A DNA stretch of 62,819 nt, filler included, from Hausera hauseri (taxonomy: Eukaryota): the NCBI GenBank assembly GCA_046269625.1. It is 12 parts of 12 records of this genome, joined end to end, with 100 filler letters (N's around TTAATTAATTAA, not from the genome) between each part and the next. Parts side by side here need not be neighbours in the genome. Positions count along the whole stretch, not along the records: positions 1 to 4,122 come from JBJURY010747765.1; positions 4,223 to 8,892 come from JBJURY010481576.1; positions 8,993 to 13,021 come from JBJURY010808309.1; 9 more parts are not named here. One strand, 5' to 3'. Position numbers and translations under genes: made by a program. The notes under the pieces are model-generated. The model was not told where the DNA came from. It saw only the letters and a program-made list of their open reading frames with translations, and ran no database searches. Below are positions 1 through 13,121 of this stretch, piece after piece; within the stretch, counting starts at the first letter, position 1; every line of letters begins with the position of its first letter.

Positions 1-889
1 ATGGCCTAAATGTGATCCATGTTTATGTAAAAAATCCTCATACTTCGATGTCTCGCATGTTTGACATTGAGGACACATAATATTTGACTCCGTAATACTG
101 CTGACCACTCGGCATTATCTTTGTTGGCGACGATGATTGATGGGATGTCGAAGGCAATAATTTCGATCTTAGTTCAATAGATAATTTTCTTTTTGACTCG
201 CCTTGGAATTGGTTTTGGTGTTCTCTGTGCTGCTGATAAAATTCCCTATATGGTATATTATCTTGAGAACGGCATATTGGACATATAATTCCATTGTTTG
301 AGGAATAATAGATCTGCATCTTATGACATTTCTCTGCATCTTTGTGCTGGGTATTGGCACAATACTTCACATACTTGTTACGCTAGAAAATTAATTATAA
401 AAATCAATTAACGAAAACAATACTTACCTATTCATTAGTTTGATTATGTGGTTTATATTCGTGTATGACATACATTTAAAGTTATTATTTAACATGTTTA
501 AAGTTCGCAATACCAACTATTACATATAATAAAGTTTGATATACTGTTTCTTATTCCATTATGTTAGTATATATTACAAACATTGATTTAACATCTAAGA
601 AATTCAAAGACATACATACATATCGATATTTGTCGAAAGTATTTGTCTAAAACCACATCAAAATTTATGTCTTCAAAGTTCACACGTACATAGAAAATCT
701 ATTTTTCTTCACTGTGCGTTGATGATGATGTTTAAAAACTGCCCGAAACACATCCGTAATCAGCAAACGACGCCCGATCGATTGATACCAATTATGTTTA
801 ATTTCAACGAACTTTTTCCACCCTTACACGATTTTAGAGTTTTTCGGTCTTTATTCCGTTTCTGAGCGGGTTATTTTAATTCGGACACC

Positions 890-1416
890 GGTATCGTATA
901 GCCCTCGCCATGCGCTATCGTTCGGTATACGACTCAATGAAGGATTCCATCATCGGTGCACACACACGGGAGCGTGCACCGCCATCGGTGCATTATGCAC
1001 AGTTCATTCCCGTTCCGTTCGGCTAGTCATCGGTCGAACCTTACAGAACCGTTGTCCGTTGGTCAATAACGCTTCCACTGTCGTCAGAAACCATATGCTG
1101 ATCCTGCGCCACTTTTTGCCCATCCCCCACGGGGCTTCCTTTCATCTGACGGACTTCGCACCTTCACCGTTCAATGCACCATGCCCGCCCCATCATTTCT
1201 ATGTGCCACGCATGACCGTGCACCATTTCTTTGTAACATCCGCTTTTTGTAAACTTCCCGTACTTCCGGGGTGCACCGTGCACCGTGCGTTTTTTGACAT
1301 CCACGTCACCGAATCTACCAAGCTACTACCTTTTTGCGCATGAAGCACGCTTCGTACTGCTACCGCGGGGTGCGGGGGGAGGGGAGGTGGCGCAGGATTG
1401 GCATTTTTCCACTACT
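890..1416. mobile_element. Probable Maverick/Polinton terminal inverted repeat region ending in ACTACT
   Basis: GC-rich non-coding tract with repeated GTGCACC motifs and a G-rich run. It ends in ACTACT (1411-1416, reverse complement AGTAGT, a known Polinton terminus), and gypsy RNase H coding sequence starts at the next base. Confidence 0.6.
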
Positions 1417-2880
1417 GGCGTCGACGAACCATTAGAATTTTACTCCAGGAAACTCAACCAAAAAGTCGTTACTCAACATTTAACCGTGAGATACTCGCCA
1501 TAGTTGTGGCAATAAAACATTTCAAACACCTACTTCTCTCGTCCATTCGTTATTCAAACTAACCACAAGCCTCTCCCGCATATCATGTCGCTAAAACAGC
1601 CATCACTGAGGCAAGAACGACATATATCATCTGTCTACATTCAGTTTTGTTTTATAATACATCTCAGGCACAGATAATTTGGTAACAGATTTTTTATCGA
1701 GATCGGTTGGCTTTATTACAGTTGAGCCCATATTCTCATCCGAAGTCTTAAAGGCCAATAAACCGTCTGCTGACTTCCTTAGCTCTTTCAAATCCTTAGA
1801 AATCATTGATGGCATTGCTTTTGATACATAGAATTGCGGTAATAAAAAAAGCATTCTAACTCCACCTTTACAAAAGCTAGCCTTCATACGCATTCACTCC
1901 ATCATCCTGGTTTGAAAGCAACCTTTCGCCGCCATCAATGCGCAAAGATGTACATGGCTGGGTCAAGGAATGCGTAGGCTGTCAAAAATACAAAATCAAC
2001 AAACACCTTAAACCGCCGCTTTACCAATTCACCTGTTCATCACGTTTTCATACGGTTTAACGTGATTTCGTTGGCCCTTTATCTTCTGAAAACGGATATC
2101 AATATATCCATACTATGATGGATCGTGTTTCTCGCTGGCCTGAAACCGTTCCTCTTCATTTAACGAACACTGATTCAGTAGCCGACGCGTTTAAAAATCT
2201 GGATCAGTCGTTTTGGTTTCTCCACGTTATATAATAACGGATCAAGATCCACAATTTGAATCTTAACTCTTCAACTCACTTGTTAAACGCTTGGGAATAT
2301 CCCATTTCCATACCACACCATATCATCCTTAAGCGAATGGCCTCCTTGAAAGATTCCATCGAACAATAAAAATTTCTTTAAAAATCTTGGCTTACAATCA
2401 TCGTAATTGGACGTCCATTCTACCATTTGTTCTACTAGGATGGCCAACACACCGGCAAACACTACCGGTTGTGCTCCAGCCGAGGCACTCTTTGGCACCC
2501 CAATTCGGGCTTTATTTGAACTTTCTGATCTCGACGACAACCCGACAGACGAAAGCATTCGTGCAGCACAATCTCACTTCGTCGAGGTCGGCTCAAACTC
2601 GTTCTGTCATCTCCTTAACAACAGCAAATTATATATGCCGAAGGATTTATACTCCGCCAAGTTTGTGTGGCTAAAGGATCAATCGCCTTCGGGTTTTAGA
2701 CTTTAATATGTTAGCCCATACAAACTGCTGAATCTCTTATCTTATACAGCTACCATCTTACGCCAAGATAAACCTTACCACGTCCACATTTTGAATCTGA
2801 AGCCCGCTTTCTTCATTGATGACAATTTGGATGCCATTTCTACCTCCAATTCAAACTCAAGTCCTATTCCTTCCGATTTT
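1417..2880 (+). mobile_element. Ty3/gypsy (CsRn1-like) pol remnant: RNase H and integrase, many stops and frameshifts
   Basis: GVDEPLEFYSRKL; CVGCQKYK zinc-binding part; MDRVSRWPE; TDQDPQFES; NGLLERFHRTIK; WTSILPFVLLGW. Collinear with the copies at 4223-7860, 43380-45858 and 49860-53826. Confidence 0.9.
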
Positions 2881-2913
2881 CTAAATGACTTTGCGCCGTC
2901 ATTCTTTATACTA

Positions 2914-3300
2914 TCATGTTGTTGCAGAACCAATGAGTCCACCCAGTAATGACGTGACAACCGGTAGAATTGCACCAAGGAATCCGCCGTCTTGCTGGTC
3001 GTTTACTACGGACGTTTTACTTTAGTAAATTCCGCTTCCCACTACCAATGTCAACGTGACCCACAACGATAATGTACAAAATGTCCATCAAATCATCTAC
3101 AACAAACCGCGGGAATGATCGTAGCATGTTTCGCTTATGTCTCGTAGGTGCCTTGAGCAAAGCAATAAAGTACGGCTGACTACGTTTGAATCGCATTTTT
3201 TCGGACGTATTGATGCTGATAAGACGTAGTTGTTTATAACCGTTGCTACTGACAGTAATTTGCCTCTAGTTGTTCGAAGCACAGAATCGATTAATCGCTT
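2914..3300 (-). pseudogene. Small Maverick/adintovirus virion-type protein remnant
   Basis: C-terminus reads DQQDGGFLGAILPVVTSLLGGLIGSATT*. This GGFL-hydrophobic tail is typical of small Maverick ORFs next to the ATPase. Confidence 0.6.
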
Positions 3301-3439
3301 GACTGTAGAGGCGGTTCATTTTGATACACGTTTCTTGCCGGACACCTGCTTGGTAGGTTTACGTTTAACAATTGTTTTTCGGAAATTCTTCATTTTATCA
3401 CAATCACGTCGTCGATTTTCGAATTTGTTTATAGACACA

Positions 3440-4044
3440 CCTTTCTGACTGAAAATGTCTGTTCGTACGCGCATGTCATCGGGACACTTGTGTAAAGTCG
3501 ATAAACAATTATCCGTGTGGATCGGTCGTAGCATCATGATTGCATCTATCAAGTAGGCTCGGTTGTGAGGAAATGCTAGTCGTGCAACATAATCGATGAT
3601 AGTCTGAACACGGGCATTTTTGAACAACACCAAACATTGTACGTTTAGATTTCTTCTTCGATGCTGTACGTCCTGATGGTACGTTTTGCGTAATGAAAAT
3701 AACCGGCACACCAGGGTGTCGTGTAATCTCCGTGAACAGATTGTTGAAGTCCGATTGTTTCGTGGCTTCCTGAAATAAATCATCGATTACAATTGCCACA
3801 GTTGCGTAATCATTCAGACCAGTTCTCATCAGACCCATTAATAACCGTTATCGATTTTAATTTACAAAATAATCGATGTATCAAACCGGACTCACCATCA
3901 TTACCAACACCCTGATACCAATAAATATAGTGGTACCGTGGTGAATGGGACATATCACGGTAATTTTACAATGGTTTACAAAAAGTGCGTTTTACCACTT
4001 CCACTGGGGCCTACAATCTGGAAAATTGCATTCTGCAGCTTCAT
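3440..4044 (-). pseudogene. Maverick/Polinton A32-like DNA packaging ATPase, disrupted
   Basis: ATG at 4044 gives MKLQNAIFQIVGPSGSGKTHFL* (Walker A). Further on are IVIDDL (Walker B), FTEITRHPGVPVIFITQN (motif C) and, after a frameshift, RNLNVQCLVLFKNAR. Confidence 0.85.
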
Positions 4045-4122
4045 CTAATAATAATAATACAACCTTTCTTCACATGATTTGTTTATAATCGTGTTACACG
4101 CATATAAATAGCTATAGTATAA

Positions 4123-4222
4123 NNNNNNNNNNNNNNNNNNNNNNNNNNNNNNNNNNNNNNNNNNNNTTAATTAATTAANNNNNNNNNNNNNNNNNNNNNN
4201 NNNNNNNNNNNNNNNNNNNNNN
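4123..4222. other. Artificial contig linker (44 N + TTAATTAATTAA + 44 N), first of 11
   Basis: Same 100-bp spacer with stops in all six frames also at 8893-8992, 13022-13121, 18860-18959, 24854-24953, 29768-29867, 34803-34902, 39360-39459, 45859-45958, 53827-53926 and 58728-58827. A plain N gap lies at 62064-62275. Confidence 0.97.
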
Positions 4223-7200
4223 ATTGAGGTCCAGCCACGATTGCTATTCGCCAGGATATTCAAGGAAATTTTCATGGTACGGTGAAATCTTTCAAGAAGG
4301 CCGTTTGCTTGGGGATGGTACGGTATTGTGTGGAAATAGGCTATCCCGAAGCGATTTACAGGACATTTAAAAAGATCAGATTCAAATTACGTACCTTTGT
4401 CCATTATGATGTGACGTGTTAAACCGAAACGGCTGATTCAGATGTTTATAAAGGCATCTGCTACTGAATCAGTGTTGGTTGTTCGAAGAAAAAAGGCTTC
4501 AAGCCAACAAGAAGCGCCATCCATCATAGACAAGATGTATCGATAACCGTTGTAGGATGGTAAGGGACCGACAAGATCCAAATGAACGGTGTTGAAGCGC
4601 GATGTACAAGGGAAGTGGTAAAGTGGCGGTTTGAGTTGTTTATGGACCTTATATTGCTGACATGCTACGCATTCCTTAACCCAGACTTGTACATCTGTAC
4701 GCTTAGTTGGCCGAACAACATGGCGCTGCAGTAAGCTAAATGTGGCCTTTGAACCCGGATGATAAATAGATTGAAAGTGAGTGAAAGCTGTCTTTTGTAA
4801 CGATGGCGCAAGAATGATTTTCTTATTAGTTAAGTTGGATGTGTTGTAAGCAATGCCATCGATGATCTCAACAGATATAAAAGCCTGGAGAATATCAGAT
4901 GATGGCTTATTACTTTTTAGGATTTCATAGAAAATTGGCTGAACTGTAATTCAGCTCACCGATCGCGACAGAATATCTGCTACCAGATTTTCGGTGCCTG
5001 AGATATATTTCATAGAAAAACTAAATGTCAACAGATATGATATATGTCATTCTTCTCTGGGTGATGGCTGTTTAAACGTCAATATATGTAGCAGAGGCTT
5101 ATAGTCGGTTTGAATGACAAATTGACATAATAGAAGCAAATACTTGAAATGCTTTACCACCAGAACTATGACTAGGAGCTCACGGTCGAATGTTGAGTAT
5201 TGACTTTCTGGTTGTGTAAATTTTCGTGAAAAGAATTCTAAAGGCTCATCGAAACCGTTGTATATTTTGTGTAATATCGCACCAGTGGCTGTGGTTGAGG
5301 CAGCGGTGGTTAGTATGAGTTCCGCGTTGAGTTCTGGAAAAGCCAAGATTTAAACGGTTTTAGACCTCCATGAAGGCGACAAAATTGGTTTATTAGAACA
5401 GGAGTCTAGTGGATTAGTTGTCTTTTCTTTCTGGATGACAGGTGTGCGAAAGGTGACGTTAGTTCAGAGCAGTGTGGCACGTATTTTTGTACAAAATGTA
5501 GTGTCCCTAGAAAACTCCTCATGTCGGTGATAGTCGTTGGTAATGTGACATTCTTAAACTGTTGTAAGCGATTAGGCTGAGGAGAATGACCATTGGGAGT
5601 AATTATGTGGCCTAAGAACTTGACGCCTTTGTGGAAGAAATTACATTTGAAAAAATTAATTTACAGGTTGCTTTGATGCAATCTGTGGAAAATAATTCGG
5701 AGATGCCCATGATGTTGCTTGATGGAGGTGGAAGCGACTAATATGTCATCTATGCACGGATGAGCAAACTCAAGAACTGAAAGAACGGTGTCAATGTAAC
5801 GTTGAAAGTTCTGAGATGTGCTACATAGGCCGAAAGGCATGAAAATGTATTCATAAAGGCCAAATGGTAGGATGACAGCAGTTTTTGGAATGTCATCAGG
5901 CGCAACAGGAATTTGATAATAGGCTTTATGCAGATCAATGATAGAATATGTATTGGTGTTATTGAGGCTATGGAGTATGTCCTTAATGAGGAGCAATCGA
6001 TAAGCATCTATGATAGCCAGGTTGTTTACTTGACGATAATTGCCACATGGCAATAGAGTTATTACCTTTCTTTGATACTACATGAAGTGGTGTAGCCAAA
6101 GGAGAATTTTATCTCCGAATGATACCAGATTTTTTAAATTCATTGAATTCCTGTTCCCCAGCTTTACTTCTGAGAGGAAACAACGGTCTGACCTTTTGTT
6201 TGCTAGGCTTCTGATGTTCTGTTACTATGTGATCATAAGTTGAGGATGGAGGCTTGAAACTGATGTCGCTTTAAAGTATACGAAAGTGATTCGTTGTGAT
6301 GTACCATTTAAGATCGGAGTCTAGAGGCATCGTCGTAGGAAACAGTTGCAGTAATTGACGAAGACCAACAGGCATTGCCACTGTCAACATTCAATTTGAA
6401 TTTCTGTTTTAAACTAGATTTGTTATTCTCATTCATAACTGAAAGAATACTAACATTATTGAAAGTTTTATCAATAGTTGACAAGGTGTTCAATATATTT
6501 ACAGATGAGTTCAATGAATTACTTGCTAGATTGCCTGTGAGACATTTGATTGGATTTGCGATCGAATGCATACGCAGCAGACAGCCGTATTTACAGTCAA
6601 CTAATAGATCATGTGCCGCCAGGAAATCTGAGCCAATTATTGATGATTTTATGTTAGCTATGAAGAACTTCCAAACATACTTGTCTGCTAAGTTGTATAA
6701 GGTAAAACGTAGCTTTGTGGTGTCAACAGTGTGCAAGGACTGAACACTAGCTGTGAAGAGTTGAGGCGAAGAAAAATTGTTGGACATTGCTGCGAAAGAT
6801 GGCGGTAAAAGCGAAAAGGCGGCTCCAGAGTCAGTGGGAAAGTCAATATTTGATGAATCGTCAGAGAAGATTGCAGCTTTCAACAGAAAGACTGCAGAGG
6901 TGGTATTAAGACCACCAGAAGAATGCAATGTATTTCTTGTACCAGAATGTGCCGTGGAATCTGGCGGCCTTATTAGTTTTTTGAGGGGTTTTGGTAAAAT
7001 GAAGGAGAAAAAAGGAAGATATTTATTTTTGTAATGTTTTCAACCAGGCACATATGATCTGGCTTTTGACTGATACTTATTATGGTAGATGCAAATAGGG
7101 ATGTCCACAGAGTATTGTTTGCTGTAGAACCTGCAGCCAAAAAAAGATTTCCTTGCATCCTTTCGAAACCGCTTGTGATAGATGCAAGTCATACGTCCCC

Positions 7201-7860
7201 CAGGAGATGTGGATCAAGGAGAATGTCTTAAAAGACTTCGCTCTCTTGAAGGCCTGGTTTCACTACGCCGAGTCCCATTAATATTGTTTACTTCGGTGGT
7301 AATGGCCGAAACTGAATGCTCTAATGTGTCAAATTGTTGTTGCATTATTTGCAATTGCTGGGCAAAAATGTGGTTTCTATATTTGGTGTGTATGGTTGCA
7401 GCCGCAATTGGAAGAGAATTATTTGTGTGGAGGATTTCAAAGGACTTATCGGACATTATGGCCAGTTTTTAATAGCCGTCCAATCGTTGAAGATGGTGAG
7501 CAAGGCTCCAATAGAGGCGGGTAAAGACGACAAAAAGTAACGACGAATTAAGTCCGCGTTATTTGTACGCGTTACGCCTAAGGCACTAAGTTGCAATATT
7601 GCAGTTTGGAGAAAGTCGGATAGCTTTTGGTTTCTCATCGCATGATCATTGAAGTACTTTTTGTATCATTTTTTCTATCGATGGATCCGTGATATGGAGT
7701 ACAGACTCAAAGAGTGTTTCAGATATCGAGGATTGGAACAGTTCGGAGATGTTATTGATCTGCTGCTTGATGCTAGCAGGCAGTAGAATTAAGACTGTTG
7801 GCTAGCACAAAAGAGTAAGTGGAATTGGTGGAATTGGAGCCATGGTCTACTGGAACTATT
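4223..7860 (-). mobile_element. Ty3/gypsy CsRn1-like element, decayed gag-protease-RT-RNase H-integrase
   Basis: Gag with C-x2-H knuckles (CIYHKRF, CIYHNKY); protease-like PTDSGAAFSLLP and IIGSDFL; RT MPFGL and CIDDILV; RNase H EPLEFFSRK...YSTFDRELL; integrase motifs at 4300-4700. Confidence 0.9.
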
Positions 7861-8992
7861 TTTATCAATAAAAATATCCACACAAGGTATATTTGGCGAG
7901 GCTCGTTGTTTTCTTTCTAACATTAAAATGAAATTTGCATATAATAAATTACATTAATACGAACTGATAAATAATGCAAAACTACAGGAAAGTTGTGTTT
8001 GTCATTCGAAATTCCAATCATTTAAAAAATAAATTATTTTTCTATCATGCATTATCCATATTAACCAAAAAATCTGTTATAAATTTTACCAACATTTTAA
8101 GGAAGTTGCGCTGGTGCAACTTTTTCCATGTGGGTTCATGCGGTGGTCCAGCTACCATAAAGGCTAGCCTGCACCTTCCATATTTCATCTAAATTATATA
8201 ATGTCCCCCTCTCTATACATCTGGCTATAATACAAAAGAAAAATAATAAGTAAAATAAAATCATTAAATTTCAAAAATAACAAAATTTATTTTTATAACA
8301 AAATTTAGTAATAACAATGGAACGGCTATTTTAATTTAATTAATCAATAAAAATTTTAAAACCTGATTCTGCTGCATTTCCTAATTCCCCGGTCATTCTT
8401 CCTGATTCACCTTCCGATCCTCCTAAGACGTCCTCACCATATATTTGATTTTGTTGATTCATATTGTGCCTGAAGGAATTAATAATACAATAATTCTAAT
8501 TAAATATCAAACCTTACAATGAATGAGAATGGTTTACCAACAAGATCCAAGGAATAGAATAATCCCGATTAATAGCTGCTTGGAAATTAAACTTCACTGA
8601 ACGGAATTGATCCTTAACTGTTATGATAACTGAAGAAGATATTACTAAAATATAACAAACTTAAAACGTGTTACCTGTCAAACTGATATCTTCTCCACAA
8701 AATCAAGATCGTAAAAATTTGCAAAATTCTCCAAGTCTGTCGCGAAAAATAATGTGTTCGTCCAAAATCAGCGGTCCTCGCGGAAAAAATACTGTGTTTC
8801 GCAAAATTTTTATAAGTTATGTTTTGTGGTCATTTGGACGCAGCTTATATAGTATTTTGGACGACCATTATCGTTAATCAAATCTGGAACGANNNNNNNN
8901 NNNNNNNNNNNNNNNNNNNNNNNNNNNNNNNNNNNNTTAATTAATTAANNNNNNNNNNNNNNNNNNNNNNNNNNNNNNNNNNNNNNNNNNNN

Positions 8993-11400
8993 CAGCTGTT
9001 TGACCGATTAAAGCAGGCTCATTTAAAAATCAAATTAAAAAATGTGAATTTGATAAAAATACTGACACTTTCCTCGGACGCAGTGTCCAGTAAAGAAATT
9101 TAACCTGATCCTAGAAATGTAGAGAAACTCAAGAAACTAAAACCGTCTAAATGTCTTAAGGAATTACAAAGGCTACTAAAAATGGCTCATTATTATAGAA
9201 AGTTTGTATATAATTTTGCAAGTATAGTCAAACCACTAATAGAATTAACTAAGAAAGAAACAACGTGGAATTGGGAAGAAACACATCAGAGAGCAATCGA
9301 GGTCTTAAAACAAATCCTTACTTCACCTACAATATTACAATTTCCCGATTCCAAATATCCCTATATAACAATGACCAATGCCACTGGTTACGCTATAAGA
9401 GCAGTCTTAGGACAATCGGTTCCTGACAGACCACGTGAAGGAATACTAGTATGTTTCAGTAAAACATTAAGTGAAACACAACGTAGATGGTCAACAATTG
9501 AGCGAGAATGTTATGCGATAGTATATGCTCTACGATATTTCAGATATTTTATAACCGGACAAGAAATAATTCTATATAGTGATCAAAAACCTTTACAATG
9601 GTTAATGAAACAACGGGACACCAGGCGAAAACTAATGAAATGGGCTGCAAAAATCCAAGATTTAGAAATCTCTATAAAATACCGACAAGGAAAAGCAAAC
9701 GCCAATGCTGACTTTCTATCAAGACTTCAGGAAAGTGACATCCATCAAGACTATAACGATCACATCAACCCCGATTACGATGATTTGCAGGACTTAAAAG
9801 AATATTATTCGCAAAAAGTCCATCCAAGCATACCCAAAGCAACACAAAAGAAACGTACAAAGGATACACACCAACTCATAAGTATGATTATTCAAACATT
9901 TAACAAAGATAATCAACAAAATACAAAACAAAGTGATTACAAAAATCCGTTAGTGGAAGACTTCTTATACGAGCATTACAAAATGATTGATTTAATTCAG
10001 ACCATGATAGAAGAAGTAGACAATGCAGAAGTCAACGCAGCGATGCACATATTCCTAACCATACCAATTACACACCAAGTTATAGCCAAAGAACAAGCAA
10101 AGGATAAAGAAATACGTAGAATCCGTAACAGTCTAAACAAAGAAGGGAGCAAAAATAAATATAAAATAGATAAGGGAAATATCTACTATCAGGAAATTGA
10201 AGATTTACTCATGGTTGTGCCGAAACACATGCGCGCAAAACTTTTATTACATTATCATGACGTACAACTCCGCGGACATCGAGGCTATAAAGCTACACTA
10301 GGCAGACTTAAACAAAAATATTACTGGTCAAAGATAGCAGATGATGTAAAAGATTGGTATACAAATTGCCAAGTTTGTTCAAAAAGAAGGGGAAATTTCC
10401 AAGTAAGAAAAACACCATTGAAACCAGTACCAGTTTTAGCATCACCATTCGCTGTTATAGGTGTTGATATAGTTTGACCATTACCAACTACTGCTAGAGG
10501 AAATACTTGTGTACTTACAGCTATTGACTACCACTCAAAATTTCCAATAGCCATGCCAATGATAAACCAAACCACGGATGTTATGGCCAGAAGATTGGTC
10601 GACGACGTAATATTCGAATATGGAGTACCGATGACAATGATATCTGACAGAGGAAGTAATTTTTGCAGCGAACTTATGGAAAAAGTAATGGCAATACTAG
10701 GAGTTAATCATAAATTTACATCGCCCTACCACCCACAAGCCAACGGCGCGGTAGAAGCTTTTAATAAACAATTTTCAATTATGATATCCAGTTACGCATA
10801 CGATCACCCGGCTGATTGGGATCTATATATAAAACCCTGTGTATACGCTTACCGACAAAGTCCTCATACGACAACTGGAGAATCACCCTTCTTTTTATTG
10901 TATGGCAGATGAGATATTATGCCAATCGATTTAGAATATAGACTATCACAGTCACAACTGATGGAAGAACCCGATTACGCAACAATCTTACAGGAAAGAT
11001 TACAAGAAGCATAAATCAGAACCTGATTAAAAATTAAATATCATCAAGAAAATTACAAGTATCAAAATGATAAAAAAGCAAAACCCCATGTATATCGAAT
11101 TGGAGACTTGGTTAATATATTAGATAAGACCTGTAAACCAGGCAAAAGCCCAAAACTGAAATTACCATATAAAGGACCATACAAAATACTACAAATGACT
11201 GAATCAAGTGTAGAACTACAGAATTTGTCCAATCCTAAAAAACTCCTGGATGAGTGTGCAACGATGCAGACCAGTAGCTAAAGAACGCAAATTAGAACAA
11301 ACACCACCCTGTAAATATCCATTAAGGAACAGAATACAGTCGGAAGATAAGAATACGATGATGATATTCAGAGACGACGGTTCAAACAACACAGTAACCA
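8993..11400 (+). mobile_element. Ty3/gypsy pol remnant (RT thumb, RNase H, integrase, GPY/F motif), a different family from the CsRn1-like copies
   Basis: YYRKFVYNFASIVKPL; WSTIERECYAIV; GKANANADFLSR; GHRG...YYW...CQVC; ISDRGSNF; YHPQANG; KGPY. TGA at 10475 replaces the Gly of DIVGP. Confidence 0.93.
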
Positions 11401-11417
11401 CACACATTAACCAACTT

Positions 11418-13021
11418 CTATGCATCTTGTCTCAGTCCTGCAAATTGTAATTTATCGATTTTAATCCATTGCTCCGGAGGGAGGTTACTATCCAAAGGTT
11501 GACCAATCCTTCTATTCCAAGCTCGTTTTACTTCTTCCACCCCGCTAATAAATTCTCGTCCTTCTACATTTATATTGTAATGTTTATAGATTTTCAACGC
11601 TCGGCTAGCTGCCATATAGTCATGGTGTTGAGATTTCCCTGGGGTAATCAAGTCAGGAATTGTGTAGTATACTTCTTCACAACTTATCATTATCAAGAGT
11701 TTATCCAATGGAGTCAGTGTATTGAAATCCAATTTTAAATCTTCGCATGCTATTTTTACTATAGGTCTATATTGTTCATCTTATATTCCGCACTTTTCGT
11801 GATATTTACTAAGAAAATCTCTTAGCTCTATTACACTGTTTATGGGCCCCTTAATTAGTTGTTGGGCACGATTGATAAGTTCTGGAGTAGCTAACAGGAA
11901 ATTGTCCAGTCCACGTCGATTTGCTGCTTCTCTGGTTAACGGGAGTGGTGTCAGATTTTCCCTTTCCGTGGAGGTAATTCTGCGTAATTTAGCTCGATTG
12001 ATTTAGCTTCTTTACGTTGTATTTGCTCGATAAAGTCTGTTCCCATTAACCTAACCTTATTAATCTTTGGTAGACTTTTGGTTTCATCTGGCTGGTATCT
12101 TTTAATTTCTTCCCTTACGAGTTTGATATTTTCTTCTGCTTCTTCCAATTTCTTACTTTTAACTGTGTAGCTTGCAGATGTTTGAGGCTCATTTGTAATT
12201 TGCATTCCTACTAAGTCGGGGCTAATGGAAGTTGTTGATACGAGTCTTGATAAACCTTGTAGGGAATTTCGTGGTGGTTTCTGCGGAATACCTTCTAGGC
12301 TAGACACCGAATATATGTCCATGTTGGCTATTGAGGGTAAGGTTACTTGACTTCTTGCGTGGTCATTCGAGGAGAGATTATCTGTTTCCTCGTCATCACA
12401 TGTCATACTGCTATGCAACATATAATATACAGATATTAACACTAATACGATGGTACTACTCCATGTGTTGGTCGCGGTATTGGTTGAAGTTGGTTTGGCG
12501 TCCGTGCATTTAAATATCATGAGTAATATCAAGGTTATCAAGGTTGTAGTAGACGACTTAAAGGGATTTCCGAAAATCGTCGGAGAGGTATTAGTTGAAG
12601 GCATTTCCATTATTTTGTTCGCATTATTTTCTGGGATATTGTGGATTCTGTATTCTGTTTGGTCGTTTGCTTTAACGTAATATAATTTAACGAGGGTGGA
12701 ACAGTCTCTTCTACTGGTGCGAACCACATTGATCATTAGTTTGAGGTTTTGCGTCTTGGTATCCTTCGCAGTTGAATACAATTGATCTTCCAATAACTCA
12801 GTTCCACTCCTGACTATTTGTATAGTACATCTAAACCAATAATAAGATCAGAATATGAATCTTGCGGATTGGCGTAACAAGTAGCATCAATATATCCTGT
12901 AGTTAAATCCAATTTTCCATACGCTTCAGGTATATAATGAGTAATTCTTCTACATAATCGTAAATTAATGCGGGTTTATGGCGTGGTAGGATCAAGTTCC
13001 GCATTAACATACTGACCATAT
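11418..13021 (-). pseudogene. Long antisense ORF (broken into 11951-12793, 11418-11732 and flanks) with a retropepsin-like start and hydrophobic segments
   Basis: The reading can be followed across a few stops and frameshifts. It starts YGQYVNAELDPTTP*TRIN...DLIIGLDVLYK and has hydrophobic stretches TTLITLILLMIFKCTDA and STIVLVLISVYYML. Confidence 0.5.
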
Positions 13022-13121
13022 NNNNNNNNNNNNNNNNNNNNNNNNNNNNNNNNNNNNNNNNNNNNTTAATTAATTAANNNNNNNNNNNNNNNNNNNNNNN
13101 NNNNNNNNNNNNNNNNNNNNN

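Noticed and set aside
38-370. Cys-containing ORF (CPICR) as a RING-finger gene
   Set aside because: Only part of a zinc-ligand pattern is present; it may be Maverick cargo but cannot be supported.
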